This document shows, piece by piece, positions 24,835 through 61,364 of a stretch of DNA of 64,000 nt. The stretch comes from Antedon mediterranea (Eukaryota > Animalia > Echinodermata), in assembly GCF_964355755.1 (NCBI RefSeq), contig NC_092671.1, forward strand, positions 16,368,001-16,432,000. The letters run 5' to 3'. The first letter of the stretch is position 1. Every line of letters starts with the position of its first letter. Under the pieces are notes generated by a model. That model had not been told where the DNA came from, made no database searches, and saw only the letters and a list, made by a program, of their open reading frames with translations. The translations under genes were made by a program, and so were the position numbers.

Positions 24835-25042
24835 ATTCCTCATTGTGAAATATCAGAGGTTCTTCCTACACAACACAACATAGCCTATTGAACATCATTG
24901 TCCTTCAAACCTTATAATACTGTATAATCACACCTATAATTAGCAACCATCAATTTCATATTAATCATTAATTACGGACAATTTCAATTCGGCACTTTGT
25001 CAAAATACGTAAATGACACGGCAAACGAGATTAATGACGTCA
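24835..25042 (-). promoter_or_regulatory. Candidate promoter and non-coding first exon of luqin precursor 2
   Basis: Perfect CRE TGACGTCA at 25035-25042, TATAAG at 24916-24911 (- strand), Inr-like TCAAT at ~24889 and donor |gtaaga at 24834. The ATG exon begins just after an acceptor (23644), which implies an upstream UTR exon. Confidence 0.4.
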
Positions 25043-28000
25043 CAAGATTGTATAAACCGAAGTAAAGCGAGAAAACATTGCATATTCATACAGTAGTATA
25101 CTCGCGAGCATTCCACTCGCGTGTACTTTATTAAATGAACTTTAAAAACTACATTTTCGCAATTTTAAATTCGAAAATAGGTGTAGAGTTTCAGCATTTT
25201 GTCTGATACGTAAATGACGGTATAACCAGGAATGATGTCATCATAGATACGAAAGAAGGACGTTACGTTACATATTTTAACTACACCGGCGTAGTGCACT
25301 CGTACTCGCGATTATATATAATATCGCGAGTTTTGTTTATAAACATAGCTAATTACTCCTGATTTTTTAAATATAGATATTTATCATAATCATAGTACTA
25401 AGTACAAATAGTTGAACTGTAAAATCAACAATTCAAAAATCGTGAAAAATGGGTGTAGAGAGTTGAATTAAATCTGTCTAGATGAACACTGCTTTATTCC
25501 CAGTCTGGCAATACGTTAAATAGACCAGAGAAGTAATATCGCTTCCCTGAACACACTATATCACAATCCTAGACAATCGCAATAAGAGTTCGCACAGGAT
25601 TAATCACAAATCCACACAGAAAGGCTCGACACGCTACAGAGAGAAATTACTCTTTTAATCTAATTTTGATATGACAAGCATTTTACTTTCAGAACGGCAA
25701 AGAAAAACAACATATTATATCACAACATGTACATAACAAATATTCTTATGATTAACTTTCTTGGCAAGGTGAATCAGTAGTAAGATCGTATTGACAGTGA
25801 GCATTATGTAGTAGGATAGACGACGTTAATGCCGTTAGTATTAGATATTGACTATGACAAACTAATCATGTGATGAGACTGAGCTGTTAGTTATCTGGGT
25901 GAACTGGCATATTCATGAACGTAGTAATTTACCAGTGGCATAACGGCTAAAGCGCACACTGGCTAAGCCCCTGAGGGATTAAAATATGTCGAAAACGGCT
26001 AAAAACGCCCGAAGGCGTTGGAGGGTCACGGGCCTCAGGCCTTTGCGTTACGCCACTGTAATTTACCCGCTTGTTACCTACCCACCAAAGTTAGTAAATT
26101 CGTCCAAGCATCTAACTTAGTGGGTAAATTAACTAAGCTCGAACGGGCCAAATAATTTGGGATCAATTCTGGGGTTTATTTCTACAAAATTTTAAAGAAA
26201 TGTAAATATGATATGGGCCTACACTTTTGATTTATAGAAAATCGAATATAGGCCTATAGATATCTTTAAATGGTAGGCCTATAACTTGATATGTTTATTT
26301 CAGCCAAAACGGTTAATAAAAGTAGGCCTACAGTAATATAAAAAACAGATTTATGTATGGCTGATAACAAAATGTAAAAAAAATTTAAATGAGCGATATA
26401 CATGTCACTAAAATTTGAATAAATCAATTTATCATAATCATTCAACAATGACCTTAATTTATACATATTTAAATACTATTCATTAAGTTTAGTAATAGTC
26501 ATCGGAACAATTTTGACATTTCATAATTATTTCTCTGATGTGAAATTAATTAAACAAAAAGTCAATCGTTCTCAATCCGTTCACGCAAAAATCTGATCGC
26601 ACAGTCGTAATAAAAACGAACGTAGTAACAACTCAGCATTCGATAAATAGGTAAATGTTGATGGAATACTTTTCATAAATTGAATTTAACAGAACACCCG
26701 ACAGTCATACACAGTCTACGACTTATTATACTTACTGACGATTATATATAAATTCGAGGTGTCCAATACACATTATACGAATCGTGTTACTTCACTGCGA
26801 TACCGACAGCATATTCGTTAGATGTGATGTGAATGCGAACAGCACTAAGTGATATATATTTTGAATAATGCAAACTTTCTAACTATCCAGATATAATTCG
26901 ATAATCAGTGTAACACAACCAGTCATAATGTTGACGCGCGCGTACAAATTAGTTAGTATCAGTATTAACAAGTGCGCGTGATGTTATTGACGATATGTTC
27001 AATGACACCAAGGACACGGATAATACAGGAAGAATTCAAAAAGTCATATACGCTTCTATCCATGTTTCATTTTTAACAATTTAAGTTGTTGATGCTTTCG
27101 AAATAATATTTGCAATTCATTAAGGGAACATTTATCACTTAGTCTCAATAAGATAAAACGGATTATGTTTCCCGATACGTGATTAAATTTGCTTGTTGTT
27201 AAGGGTATCTTTCTACCAATCAACGTTATACTGAATATATTCATCTATAAATATAATACTGCTTGAATTCTACATAGGGAGCGTACAAAGTGCGTTTTAG
27301 ACGCCTTACTATGATTGAAGATTAAAAGAGCGAAAGATGACAGTGGGATAGCTACTTCACTGTCAACATTTTGAATCACACAACTTCCATAAGTATATTA
27401 CGAGTTAAAAACCCTGTAACTTTAAATTGAAATCGACAATAATATTAATAATTCAGATAAGTTACAACGATATTAACAATAATGATGACGATATTGATAA
27501 TAATACTGATAAATATGATGGTATATTTATAGTCATAGGCCTAATCATTTAATTAAACAAGAATTTCACAGCACGACAATTGTTGAACGCGCGCGCACAG
27601 GACTTTCGATATTATCAACGTTGCATCATGCACAAGGTACGTTGACATATTATTTTTCTATTCGTGGTAATAATAATAATAGTAATAATAATAATATTTT
27701 AACACGAATCACGATAAACATGAGGATTATGAGAGCTAGCTAGGACAGTGGGTTGCAACTCACAGCTCTTTCAACTCCACTCCCTAAGCCTCAAATGAGA
27801 CTTATTTTATAAGCACGATGAATTATAAAATAGTTTATCCATCTTGTAATTGGCGAGTTGGATGCGTATAAAATAAACACAATTCGATAAAAAAAACTTC
27901 AAAATTAGGCGTTATTATAATAACACACAACACACAAGTGATATCTTTTTTAACGATAATCAAACAGATAAACCCTTTTTTATATACACATTTACAAAAA

Positions 28001-29964
28001 ACTAACAAAATTATATTTTAATTTTGTTTCTAAAAATAAACAATAACGTCACTACGTAGTTGTTTGATTGATGACCAATGAAACGGTTAATTCGTTTTAC
28101 TATTAATTTATAAAAAAGAACAACAAATTATACATCAGAGCTTTTATCTGAAAATGTGGAGCAATTTAACATGGTTATACGTGAGAACCCATTGTCAGTA
28201 TAGTAATGTTTAATTGAAGACTGACCCGGCCCAGATCATGTTTTAAATAATACACCGTTTACTCATTCGCATTGGATCTAATTAATTTACGTGAGAAAAT
28301 AAAATAAAAATAATTTACATTTCACATTCATTTGTTTAGCAGGCAAAAATAAAGTTATATGCATCTTAGTTTTTGAATAAAGACAAGTTGAAAATTAAAC
28401 AAAGGAGAGAGAAAACAGTTACTAGGGAAGAGTTTCCCACTAGCTAATTACAAAATCTATGTTAGAGCAATATCACCTTTTATTTAAATCAGGTTCTTAC
28501 CAGTAAGCATCCTTTGATATTATAACAGCAATGAAAATACAATTATGTTCAGTCTAGACTATACATACCGTTTGAGATCTCTAAGTAGATTATTGAATGC
28601 GTTTGGTTTCAAATAAAACACCGATGAATGAATTCGTTGCTCGCTATTCTTAATAAAACTACAATAAAAAGGCAATTGCACTTAAGACTATAGTGTTATT
28701 CTTGTTTAACGAGGTAACCCATCAGTCTCAGATTTAATAAAAGTGTAAACTTGTTTCAGCTCAGCTGGCGGATTTATAACGCAACTGAGCTAGACTTTCA
28801 ATCGTTTGGGGGCAGTATAGAAAAAAGGAATGCAATGGGAGTCCCCCGGCGATGAATAAAAAAAAACACGCCCACCAGTTAAGAATGACAACTTAAGATA
28901 CCACGAAATAGCCTACTTTTATAGTTGATACAAGCTTATTTGTTGTCAATCAGTCTACAACTTACAAAATATCGTAATATAATAACGCGTGTACAGTAAG
29001 GTACTAAATATATTTCAATTTCCGGTTAAGAAAGTCTGAATGAGGGGTCTGTGGGTACCCAGTACAGCCAGACACACAACCGTTGTGTGTCTGGCTGCAC
29101 TGTTACAGTGTGTGAAGGCACACGTTCAAAAAGAGTTGAAAATCAACTTGTGTCGTTAGATCACTAAATTTTAAAAAAAATGTGTTTATGTAGGCAGGGC
29201 TTAGTGTAGGCAAGAAAGAGTATTGGCATTTTAAATGATACAATACACAATTAGTAAGCCTCAAATCATCTCTATGCTCAAATTAAGTCTTTTTGTTAAA
29301 TGAAAACATACATTTTTTTTGCAATCATGCAAACAAAGAATACAATGCATTGCTGAACTCACCTGGTACGAGACGTGTAGTACAACACCGTCAATTAGAA
29401 CTTGTTGTTTGTAGCTGACGTTCAGCCATTAATGCATTAATTAAGCTATATCCATTAGATAATATACACATAGAACAGCCAAAATATTATGACACGGTGT
29501 CCTCCCACGTTAAAGTTATTATATTACTATTACTATCGGTCCCCTAACGGGGTTTTATTTATGTTTAGGCCTCTGGCCCTTATATCTTACATACAAATCA
29601 TACAATAATATTTTCTGGTATATAAAATGTATACTGTACATCTTTATGTGGATCTACAGTATTTCACAATAACAGTGTCCATGATGTAAACAAAGTTTGT
29701 GTTTGCACTTTTTATTATCAAATAATTAATCAGTATAAGTATACTCATTCAGCGCGCCAAAGTTGTAAAAAAAAATTACCAACGTTATTACACTTAATTG
29801 ATAGATTACAACATTTTAAAAGAATTTTAGTCTCCTCTCCTAAATATTGTAGAGGAATGATCTGGTCTGTAAAATGTCCACTTGCAATATCGATTGAGGG
29901 CGCTAAACTAAACTTCTGGTTTTATATTGTTTGTTTATTTTCTGTATTTTCGTGTGCCGTCATT

Positions 29965-32900
29965 ATGTCAAATAAATCAACCTCAGAAAATGAACAACAG
30001 CAATATACACTTTCAGAAACATTTGATCATGCCTGGAAACATTTTGAGGACATTAAAGTATGTGAGGAAGCCACAAATTCTGTTAATTATCAGGTTCGTA
30101 TGGCTCTTCACTAGCTAGGCCTGGTTAGTTGGAGACTGTCCATTTATAGTTAGTTACCGCGCCCGCTTGAATAGCATGGAGTCTGTGGGGCATGTAGCGG
30201 GTTTACCTACTTAAAAAGCTAGGCCTACAATAGGCTTATTTATTTCGTTTGATATATATATCGTATGAATGGCTCATATCTGACGAATATCCATGGCCAC
30301 ACACAAGGATTTAATTAAATGTTTTTGATAGAAGAGTGCTTGCTTGCCACAACAAAAAGTTTACTGTACATACAGACAAGTATTTAATTTATATTAACTT
30401 TTATTTATAAACTATCTATTTTCTTTGCAGCAACAAGTATCCAAGGCAATTGCAATTTTAGAGAAAGCTACACATATGGTCAATGATTTGGCCTTATTCA
30501 GTAGTAATGAACAAGTAGATGAAATATCAACTCAAGACCTACGGTAATATTTTTTTTATTCTATTTTCTGTGCTAAAAAAAGAAACATTATAATTAATTA
30601 GTATTATTATGATGATTAAATAATATATTGTCTTACAATTTATAGGTACTTACTTTTACCAAGCCTTCTAGGTGAACTTACACTTAAAGTAACAAGTGGC
30701 GATAGACTAGAGATGCTTGATTTAGGTGAAGCCTACTTCATTGACTACCTTAAACGATGTAAAGACTACAGTATTACAGAAGAGGTACTAAAGAATTATT
30801 ATAAATGATAAGTGTTTGGATGTTGTTGGTGTATGATGGATAGAAATGGAGGGACATTAATTATCAAATAAGTGATGGTGATAGGCTAAAGAGTATACAA
30901 TATACTGATATCAATAAAGATGTTTATGAAATTTGTTAATACAGTATTATCAAAAAATATGTTTTAATTTTCAGAAAATTCCCACAACAGACAATTGTGT
31001 AGAGAGAAATGTGCAACCTACAGTTTCTGGACCAGGGAGGTTAAATATGAAATCAATGCAAATGGAAAGAGAAGCAAAATTAAAAAAATATAAAGAACAA
31101 AAAGAAAGAGAAAAAAAAATTAAAGAAATGGGCACATGGTTACAAATTCGACAAAAAGATGATGAAATTCAGGTACCAATTGATTACATAGTCAAGTTAT
31201 ATAGGTATTGACAGAGGGAGATGACACTAGGTGTAAACAGTTGCATGCAAACTTAGATGAGGCAACCTTTTTCAGATCCTAATATTAGTCAATGCTAAAT
31301 AATTTCTGATGTATATCTAGTCTTTTACATTAGTACAGTCAACTCTCTCAATACCGGACTCTCTGAAAAGCAGAAACTCTCCCAATGCCAGACTTTTCTT
31401 GGAGGACCAAATTCCTTTCTACCATTTATTAAAAACACATTCCAAATACCAGACTTTCCAGAAAACCAGACATATTAGGCTAGCTTACAGGTGGTATTGA
31501 GAAAATTGACTAGTACTAAAGACACGAGAACTGATGAAAAAAATAGTTAATAATTTAATTTTTTTTTTCATATATATTTCAGAGAGATTACTATAAATTA
31601 ATATTAGAAAGTTGTGTTAATGAAGCAATTGACCAAATAAAAAGCATTTCACAAGAAAAAGAAATATTACAACATATGGCAAAATCAAAATCAGCTGGTT
31701 CGATAGCAAAGACCGAGCCAAGTCTACCTGCTAAAGAAAGGAAGGTAAATGATCGGCTCTGTGTATAGTCTATGTCATATTTTTGTGACAATTGTTTATT
31801 TTGAGCTCTTGAAAAGTTTGAACCCTGTTTTCAAAATACCATCTAAAGATGTATTTTCCCCAAAAACATGAAAAATGAAGATTAAAAATCAGACTTTAAA
31901 TAGACCATTTTGTAGTTTTATTCACTTGATAAATTCCCATTGTCTGACAGACAATTTGGCTATTTCTTTCTTTTTTTTCAGGTCAATATTTCATTTTTTG
32001 ATCCAATTTTTGGTTAAACTTAAATAAAAAAATATTTTTTCAGGGGGACAATATACGTTGAATTTTAGGTATCGGACACGGACACCATTCCTATATCATT
32101 CTTTTTGTTATACTGTATATTCATTATTTTTCAGCCAATTAAGCCTTTTATAATTACAAGAGATTCAGTTCAAGCCAAAGTATTCGGAGCTGGTTATCCA
32201 AGCATACCAACTGTAACATTAGAAGAATTTTTCCAGAAAGAAGTTCGGGAAAGAAAGATACCACAAGAAGCATTGTAAGTATGAAAATCTATTAAATTTG
32301 TTCCTGTAAATAACAGGCAAACATTTACTGAAACCCTGTTCTGCAGAAAAAGTTACTATTTGAGACAATGTGGTCACAAATACAACTATATATCTTGGTT
32401 TTCTAAATGTAGAAATCTGAGAGATTTCTAGATCTAGAAAACCAAGATATCCGAGTTTCCTAGATCTAGAAAACCAAGATATCTGAGTTTCCTAGATCTA
32501 GAAAACCAAGATATCTGAGTTTCCTAGATCTAGAAAACCAAGATATCCGAGTTTCCTAGATCTAGAAAACCAAAATATCTGAGTTTCGTAGATCTAGAAA
32601 ACCAAGATGTCCGAGTTTCATAGATCTAGAAAACCAAGATGTCCAAGTTTTCTAGATCTAGAAAACCAAGATATCCAAGTTTCTTAGATCTAGAAAACCA
32701 AGATATCCAAGTTTCTTAGATCTAGAAAATCAAGATCCAAGTTTCCTAGATCTAGAAAACCAAGATATCCGAGACACCCTTATATTATTTAATCATAATT
32801 TAATTGTAAGTTACAGTAATTGTATTTATATAAGTTAATTGTATTCATTTTATCTTATTGAAGAAACCCATCAGCTGTTGTAGTTGAACACGGCCAACAA

Positions 32901-33137
32901 GATGATGAGCCAGAGGAGAAACCAGAAGTAGATGAGAATGACCCTGAGGAACTTAAAAGAGCAAGGGAGCTTGATGAATGGAAAGATGGTAATTTTTAAC
33001 TGTACAGTTCTTTTTAAAAAATGCATAGAATTTTTTTTTTAATTGTGTAAAAACATGCCATGTCACTTAATTATATCAACAATTCTTATCTTTCAGACCA
33101 TAAACGAGGCTGGGGAAATAGGTATAACCGTTCATAA
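29965..33137 (+). CDS. IGBP1: Immunoglobulin-binding protein 1 / alpha4 / TAP42 family PP2A regulator, 8 exons
   Basis: Exons 29965-30093, 30431-30543, 30646-30784, 30975-31172, 31583-31744, 32135-32274, 32864-32988 and 33097-33137, all GT-AG and in frame. Motifs LFSSNEQVDEISTQDLRYLLLP, KPFIITRDSVQAKVFGAGYPSIPT and RARELDEWKDDHKRGWGNRYN match TAP42/IGBP1. AATAAA at ~33260. Confidence 0.95.
32390..32780. repeat. ~32-bp tandem array with an inverted unit (foldback/MITE derived) in IGBP1 intron 6
   Basis: Unit TAGATCTAGAAAACCAAGATATCCGAGTTTCC, ~11 copies, ending GAGACACCC. Related to the palindromic element GGGTGTCTAGAAAACTCAGATC...TCTAGACACCC at 45547-45619. Confidence 0.85.
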
Positions 33138-35721
33138 TACCTTTTCATACATTTGCATACCGATAGGCTTGTCACCTTTGATGCATCTTAGTCAATTACA
33201 GTATTCTAAGAGGGAACTTTGTGGTAGATCACAAAATATCATATAATGGTCTATTGTAAAATAAAGATGTTACAAAACAAAAATGTATATAGATAGGCCT
33301 AATGCATTATAAAGAAAATGTACATATAAATGAATTGAAAAACATCTGCGATTGTATTAAAGTGATACGATTTACATTAAAATGTGTCCGACAATTGTTA
33401 ATAATGGTTCCTAACCGAGGGGCCTCAGGCCCCTGCATTACGCCACTGCAAAGGGGTTGGGCTCCTCTTATCTCAGGTGTTGCTTGCTTCAATCTCGCCA
33501 CTGCACCTCATTGCTGCAGCCGGACACAAATAAAGAACAAGAAAGAAGCAATACCTTGTTTAAAATAACGTTTTATCATACTTGACCTCAGCAATACATC
33601 ACACAATGGGCATCTCTGGCAGAAGAATTAGAAATTGAATATAAGTAAACCGCAGTTGCATTAGATTTTTCAAAGAAATTAAACAGTTAATCATCATGGA
33701 AGCAAGGAAACGTATGAACACTTAAACAGTTAAAAAGAGAATATCTTTATGTAAGATTAAGCAAAAAAGTTACGGTTTTATGCAGATCAAAATCATACCC
33801 ATAGGATACCACACCAAACAGATTAGTTTTCCATTTCAAACACACCTTCGCAATTCACACAGACAATTAAACTTTGACCCAAAAAACTGCTTAATCTTAT
33901 ACAAAATTTATTAACACCTACTTATTGAATGAATGCATGAGCAATAAACAATTTAATTGAAATGATAAATTGTAATAAAAATAACATTTACACCTGAAGT
34001 TAATGTTTAGTTAATCATGTGGTGTTTAAATATAATTTACATTGAAATTAGTCGAATCATGTTAGTGTTTCATGCATGTAATATACTTTTTATATTTTTA
34101 ATAGTGTACCGACTGTATGGTTTTCCAGCGTGCACGAGGAACACTATAGTGGGTTCACCTTAGCTCAACATGGATCAATTTACATGAAATTGTTCCAAAT
34201 TTGGGCATACAATTATATCCTTATTACTGTAGTAAAAACAATTTAATTACATCACAAAAATTGCCAAAAGAATTGTTTTCACGACTGAAAATATAATACT
34301 TATTTAATGTTAGGAATATTTTAAATAAAAAAAAAATACTTTTAATTCAATTTTCTAAATGTATAAAATGCGCCATGTGTAACGGCGACAAGTTTCTTCA
34401 CTAAATGAATGTGCTTAAAATCTATCATATACAATTGTCTCACAAATAAACCACTATCTTACACTACAGTACATACATAATTGTTGTAATAATATGAATT
34501 TATGAAACACTTTCTCAATACCTAATAACGATTTTATATACAACAAACACTTGGGCAACATATAAACACTATATACAAGAGTGTTTGAACTGCGGTGCCA
34601 GTTCACAGAAATTACACACTAAACACTTTTAAACAGCAAATCTTTGGCTGTATATCCATCTCATCCACAAATTCCCCTTAGAATTTACAGCACATAAATT
34701 TATATATTTATAATATATACATAACGAAACAGTAAAAATTCTAAAATGTACACATTTAACTTACAGACGCTACAGTCAATGTTACAATGATTATTGGAAG
34801 ATCATTATAGCAGACAATATGGACAAACATGGTTTCAACCCAACTATATAGCACATAAACTAATAATTCAAAAAATACTACATTTTAAATGTTTTTGCCT
34901 TGCAACACATAATTGTATAGTTTATTTCAGCCTTTTATATTGTCATGTATATAATAATCAACTGGAATATGATGCTTTTTACTATTATCAAAATGTCCAT
35001 TGCAAATATTTATTTCCCTGTATTCATTGTTTAAAGTTGGCTTTGAAATGTTGGAAGTAATATATATTTTATTTTAAATTACTACTTAACTAGTGTTTAA
35101 ATGAGGTAATTTTACCATTATTTTGTATCGTAGGGTGTCCATTAAAAAAAAGAGAAAAAATTGAGCTCCATAGTACAAGTAATGTTATGTAATATTGAGA
35201 AATTTTGTAATGGCATCATCAAAATGAACATCATTTAATTTGAATACTATGCAGTACCAAAGACTATGCATGCATACCAATCTATATGCAGTGATATATT
35301 CCACAACAACCACAATTCTTAAATTTGGCATAGTCACAAAAGCTATCACAACAAAGGTTGATTTGTGATTGGATGTTTTATAAGCTAAATTTACACTGAG
35401 TCTGGGTTGCGGTCTTGTGGCACGATAACAATGTTAAATGGGTGTATGTTTAAGAATACAACCGTTCAACATTCTAGAAAAAATGTAACCTAGCCTGGAC
35501 TTTCCCTATTGGTACCAGACCTAATCCATGTTCAGTGTGGACATGGCTTTATCTTTAACTAGTCTTTGGTATTACAGTGGAAAATACCTGATTACTCATG
35601 GTGCAGATCTTATCTGGTATCTACCACTTTATTTCTCCTGCTTTTTAGTCTTAGTAATAATCAACTATTAACATTTGACATTACATCATTAGTTTGACTC
35701 CTAACATTGCCCTTTAACTTT

Positions 35722-58010
<22,289 letters not shown>

Positions 58011-58675
58011 CTAGAAATATAAAATTTCTTTCAAATCAATAAAAACCTCAATAATACATTAAAAAAACTACTGTACCACTAATTCCAATAGATATTGAAA
58101 TATAAATTAATTGATGCATACCACACATCACACCCACTATACAAACACTTTCATCATAATTTACCATATGTTATTATATTCTTAAACCTTATTAAACCTA
58201 TTACAGTATCATATAGTACTGAAACTAATTGGGACTTGGAAGGCAAGTTAGTACAGGCTGTTTTCTACAAATACGATATCAAGTTGCTTTGAAAAGCATT
58301 TGGTAAGCAATGCTTTAACCAACTATAAAATGTATTATAGTGTAACAGTTTAAGCATGTAATTATAATGGTGATAAAGTGTTTATTACAATGTGTACAAT
58401 ATACAGGACTTGATCGTGTCATGTTTACCAGTATACAGTATTGTAATAAGTGTAATAGTATGACACGTTTAGTACCCTGATAATATCAAAATCTACTTGA
58501 TACACTCTGTAAATTGACTCTCTTGAGTGTGATATATTAAGCAAGAAACCTATATAAATTGACTAATGGCAGGTTGACAGGATGCAAGAAAGAGTAGACA
58601 CTAATTAATGTGCTAATTACCCTACATCAAGTAAAACTACCAAAATATTATAATGAATTCCATGCTATTATACTA

Positions 58676-59268
58676 AGGGCGCGTTTATACAACACGCTAT
58701 TACATGCATATTTAACACGCCTACGAAAAGTGTGTTGTATAACATCGAAGAGATTCCGTGTAATGAGTTTTTAATTTGCAAAAAAAAGGCTATTGAATCC
58801 TAAAATTTTGTGGATTTCCGGTTGCTGTTGGCGTGTTGGAAGTGTCCTCAGGGTATTGTTTTGACCTCTCGTTAAATATAAGTATGTGCTGTGAAAATGG
58901 TGACCAAATCTAGTAGATAATTGTGCTTTTTTTGCATATTTTAACTGTTTAGAACTTAACATTAACGCTAATCAAATGTTGGCATAATTAGTTTTATCCT
59001 AATTCTAAAACATTTTTTTTTTAAATTTCAAAAGCACATTTAAAAAATCAATAATTGAATAAACTAAATTTTAAACGAAATCATCCGTTTTATTAAAATC
59101 CTTAATAAACTAATATTAATTCATAATGCATGCGAGTATACAACTTAGGATTATGAACTATGGTATAACACGGTATTACGATTTAATGTATAACTGCAAG
59201 GTTTTTGTGGGGTTGACCTCGGCCCATGCAACAAGCTAAAAATTTAGGGTGTTGTATAAACACAGCCT
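58676..59268. mobile_element. Non-autonomous DNA transposon, Harbinger-like TIR (..GTTTATACAACAC)
   Basis: AGGGCGCGTTTATACAACAC ... GTGTTGTATAAACACAGCCT, with TAA-like flanks. Confidence 0.6.
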
Positions 59269-60213
59269 AAAACAGTATCAGTGACGTTCTGTTCTTCAAT
59301 GATACAGTATGATCACATACATAGAACTTAAATATATTCCAATCTCATTGATTATATTATTATTGTGGATGACATTTTGAAAGTCATTGATCATACAGTA
59401 CTACCCTTTACTAAATTATTGTGTATTATTTTAATGTATATATTTATATATATTTATATATGTGTGTAACTAAAAATAGTCTATATAGGCTATATATTTA
59501 TATTATATTTCCTCATCTTTATCGTTTCAAATTAATTAATTAAAATTTCAGTATATCACCGGGCGGTTTAGAACTAATGTTCTTTGCCTGTCGTGTTTAT
59601 ATATTATATTAATGAAATGTATTATTTGTAACTCGTACTTACTTTTTTTTTTTTTAATACCTTATTCATTTGTTTTATTATTGATTGAAAGAAAGAAAAT
59701 AAATGTTTACGTTGAATTGAATTGAATTGATGTATACAATAACTACTAAATCTATGAATGACTAAATTTGAACTAGAAATTTTAATATGAAGTACAGGTA
59801 CTGTATACAGTATATTATTAGGCTTTACATGACCTACTGTAATTGTGTACTGTAAATAAATTTATTAAACATAAAATTAACTTTTACACTGACTGTCTAT
59901 ACTGTGTGAGTAGGTGACATTTTTAAAAGTCATCGTTAGTGAAGTACAATCTCTATGGTATAATTAACATCTATTATTAATATCAACGGAGCCAACATTA
60001 TTATTTATCACTTTATTCCTTTAGTGTATAAAATCAATGTTTTTATGATGGAATTAGCATTTTTTACGAATTTACGTAAAAATTGGTAACGGAAAGTAAA
60101 CAAAATTAAACAATGTATTAGTTCTTTTTTGCAAAGCATCTAGAGTTTTCTCTAAAAAGAAAAACCAAAGTGTAAATACTGGTTACCTTGCAAACAATTC
60201 TAAATAAACTAAC

Positions 60214-60310
60214 CTGACCGCCGTCTACTTTTGTGATACTTGCGTTTACACCTTTCAAAACTACGTGTCCTCACAAATGGACTTCTTCGTATTTCTTTAT
60301 AACTTTCCAT
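60214..60310 (-). CDS. Candidate alternative first coding exon A of AGAP (MESYKEIRRSPFVRTRSFERCKRKYHKSRRRS)
   Basis: ataATGg start, 32 open codons plus 1 nt, donor g|gttagt. Phase 1 joins exon 58010 (at tct) to give ...RRS-DSFVN. Confidence 0.55.
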
Positions 60311-61285
60311 TATTAAATTGAATAAGATTTTACAAAGTGACAAGACCACAACAGCAAGACAACCATATGCAAATGTACTATCTCTTATTCACAAGAAAAT
60401 TCAAAGTACAATATTAGACAAACATCCACTAATTTATCCATAATATACTAACTGTAACATTTGAAAATCAGTAATGATGAACAGCCCTAAAGATTACACC
60501 TCAAAATCCACAATGTCATAACAAGTAGGAAGAGTTTTCTTCCATTTCTATCACCACCTACAGTAATAATAAACTAAAAGTATTATAACTATAAAATCTG
60601 CTAAACCTACCTAAAATGAATCATCACAATGAACTTGTTTCAGAGTTCATAAAAAGTCTTTTGTTGATTGCAACAATTATAAAACCACAAAAATAGGCAG
60701 AAGAATACAACGTCAGAATAGGAATTATCCGATTTTGTTTAGTGACACAAAAGATTGGATCTATGCACCGAGGAAAAACGTAAACTACATTGAAACCTTG
60801 ACTTTAATATGGAGGTGATCAATTTATCTAAGTCTACAGGATCTTATTTTACCTTCACAAATTTCTAATTGTTTGTTAATAATATGACATTCAGTTTATG
60901 TTTTGTTTATCTGTAGTATGCAATAAACAGTTCTAATTTCAACTACTGTATATTATCATCATAATTTATTTAACTGATTTAACTGATATAGAAACTTAAA
61001 AAATAAAGAAAATATATTTATTTATTACCATACTTCTGCAAGATTTACAAATTTGGGATAAAATATATATTGTAATACTGTATTAAAATAAGCTGCCTTA
61101 AAATTTAATTCCATGCTTAATAATTCTATTATTAGACATCATTAAATTTTACCTCATTTAAATATTGCAGTAAGTCGATTGAATTTTACTAAAACCATAT
61201 ACAGTACCACCAATACCAAATTAACTGAATGTTTCCCAAAATTAAAACATACAAACCTGGTTTATAGAATGTTAATTCAACGTAC

Positions 61286-61364
61286 CTAAACCACATTCAC
61301 TTAAACACTTGGTACTTCGTCGTAAACGAAAACTTAAACTCCTTCTTGTACGCCTAAAACTCAT
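61286..61364 (-). CDS. Candidate alternative first coding exon B of AGAP (MSFRRTRRSLSFRLRRSTKCLSECGL)
   Basis: agtATGa start, 26 codons plus 1 nt, donor g|gtacgt. Phase 1 is compatible with exon 58010. The frame stays open a short way further upstream. Confidence 0.5.
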
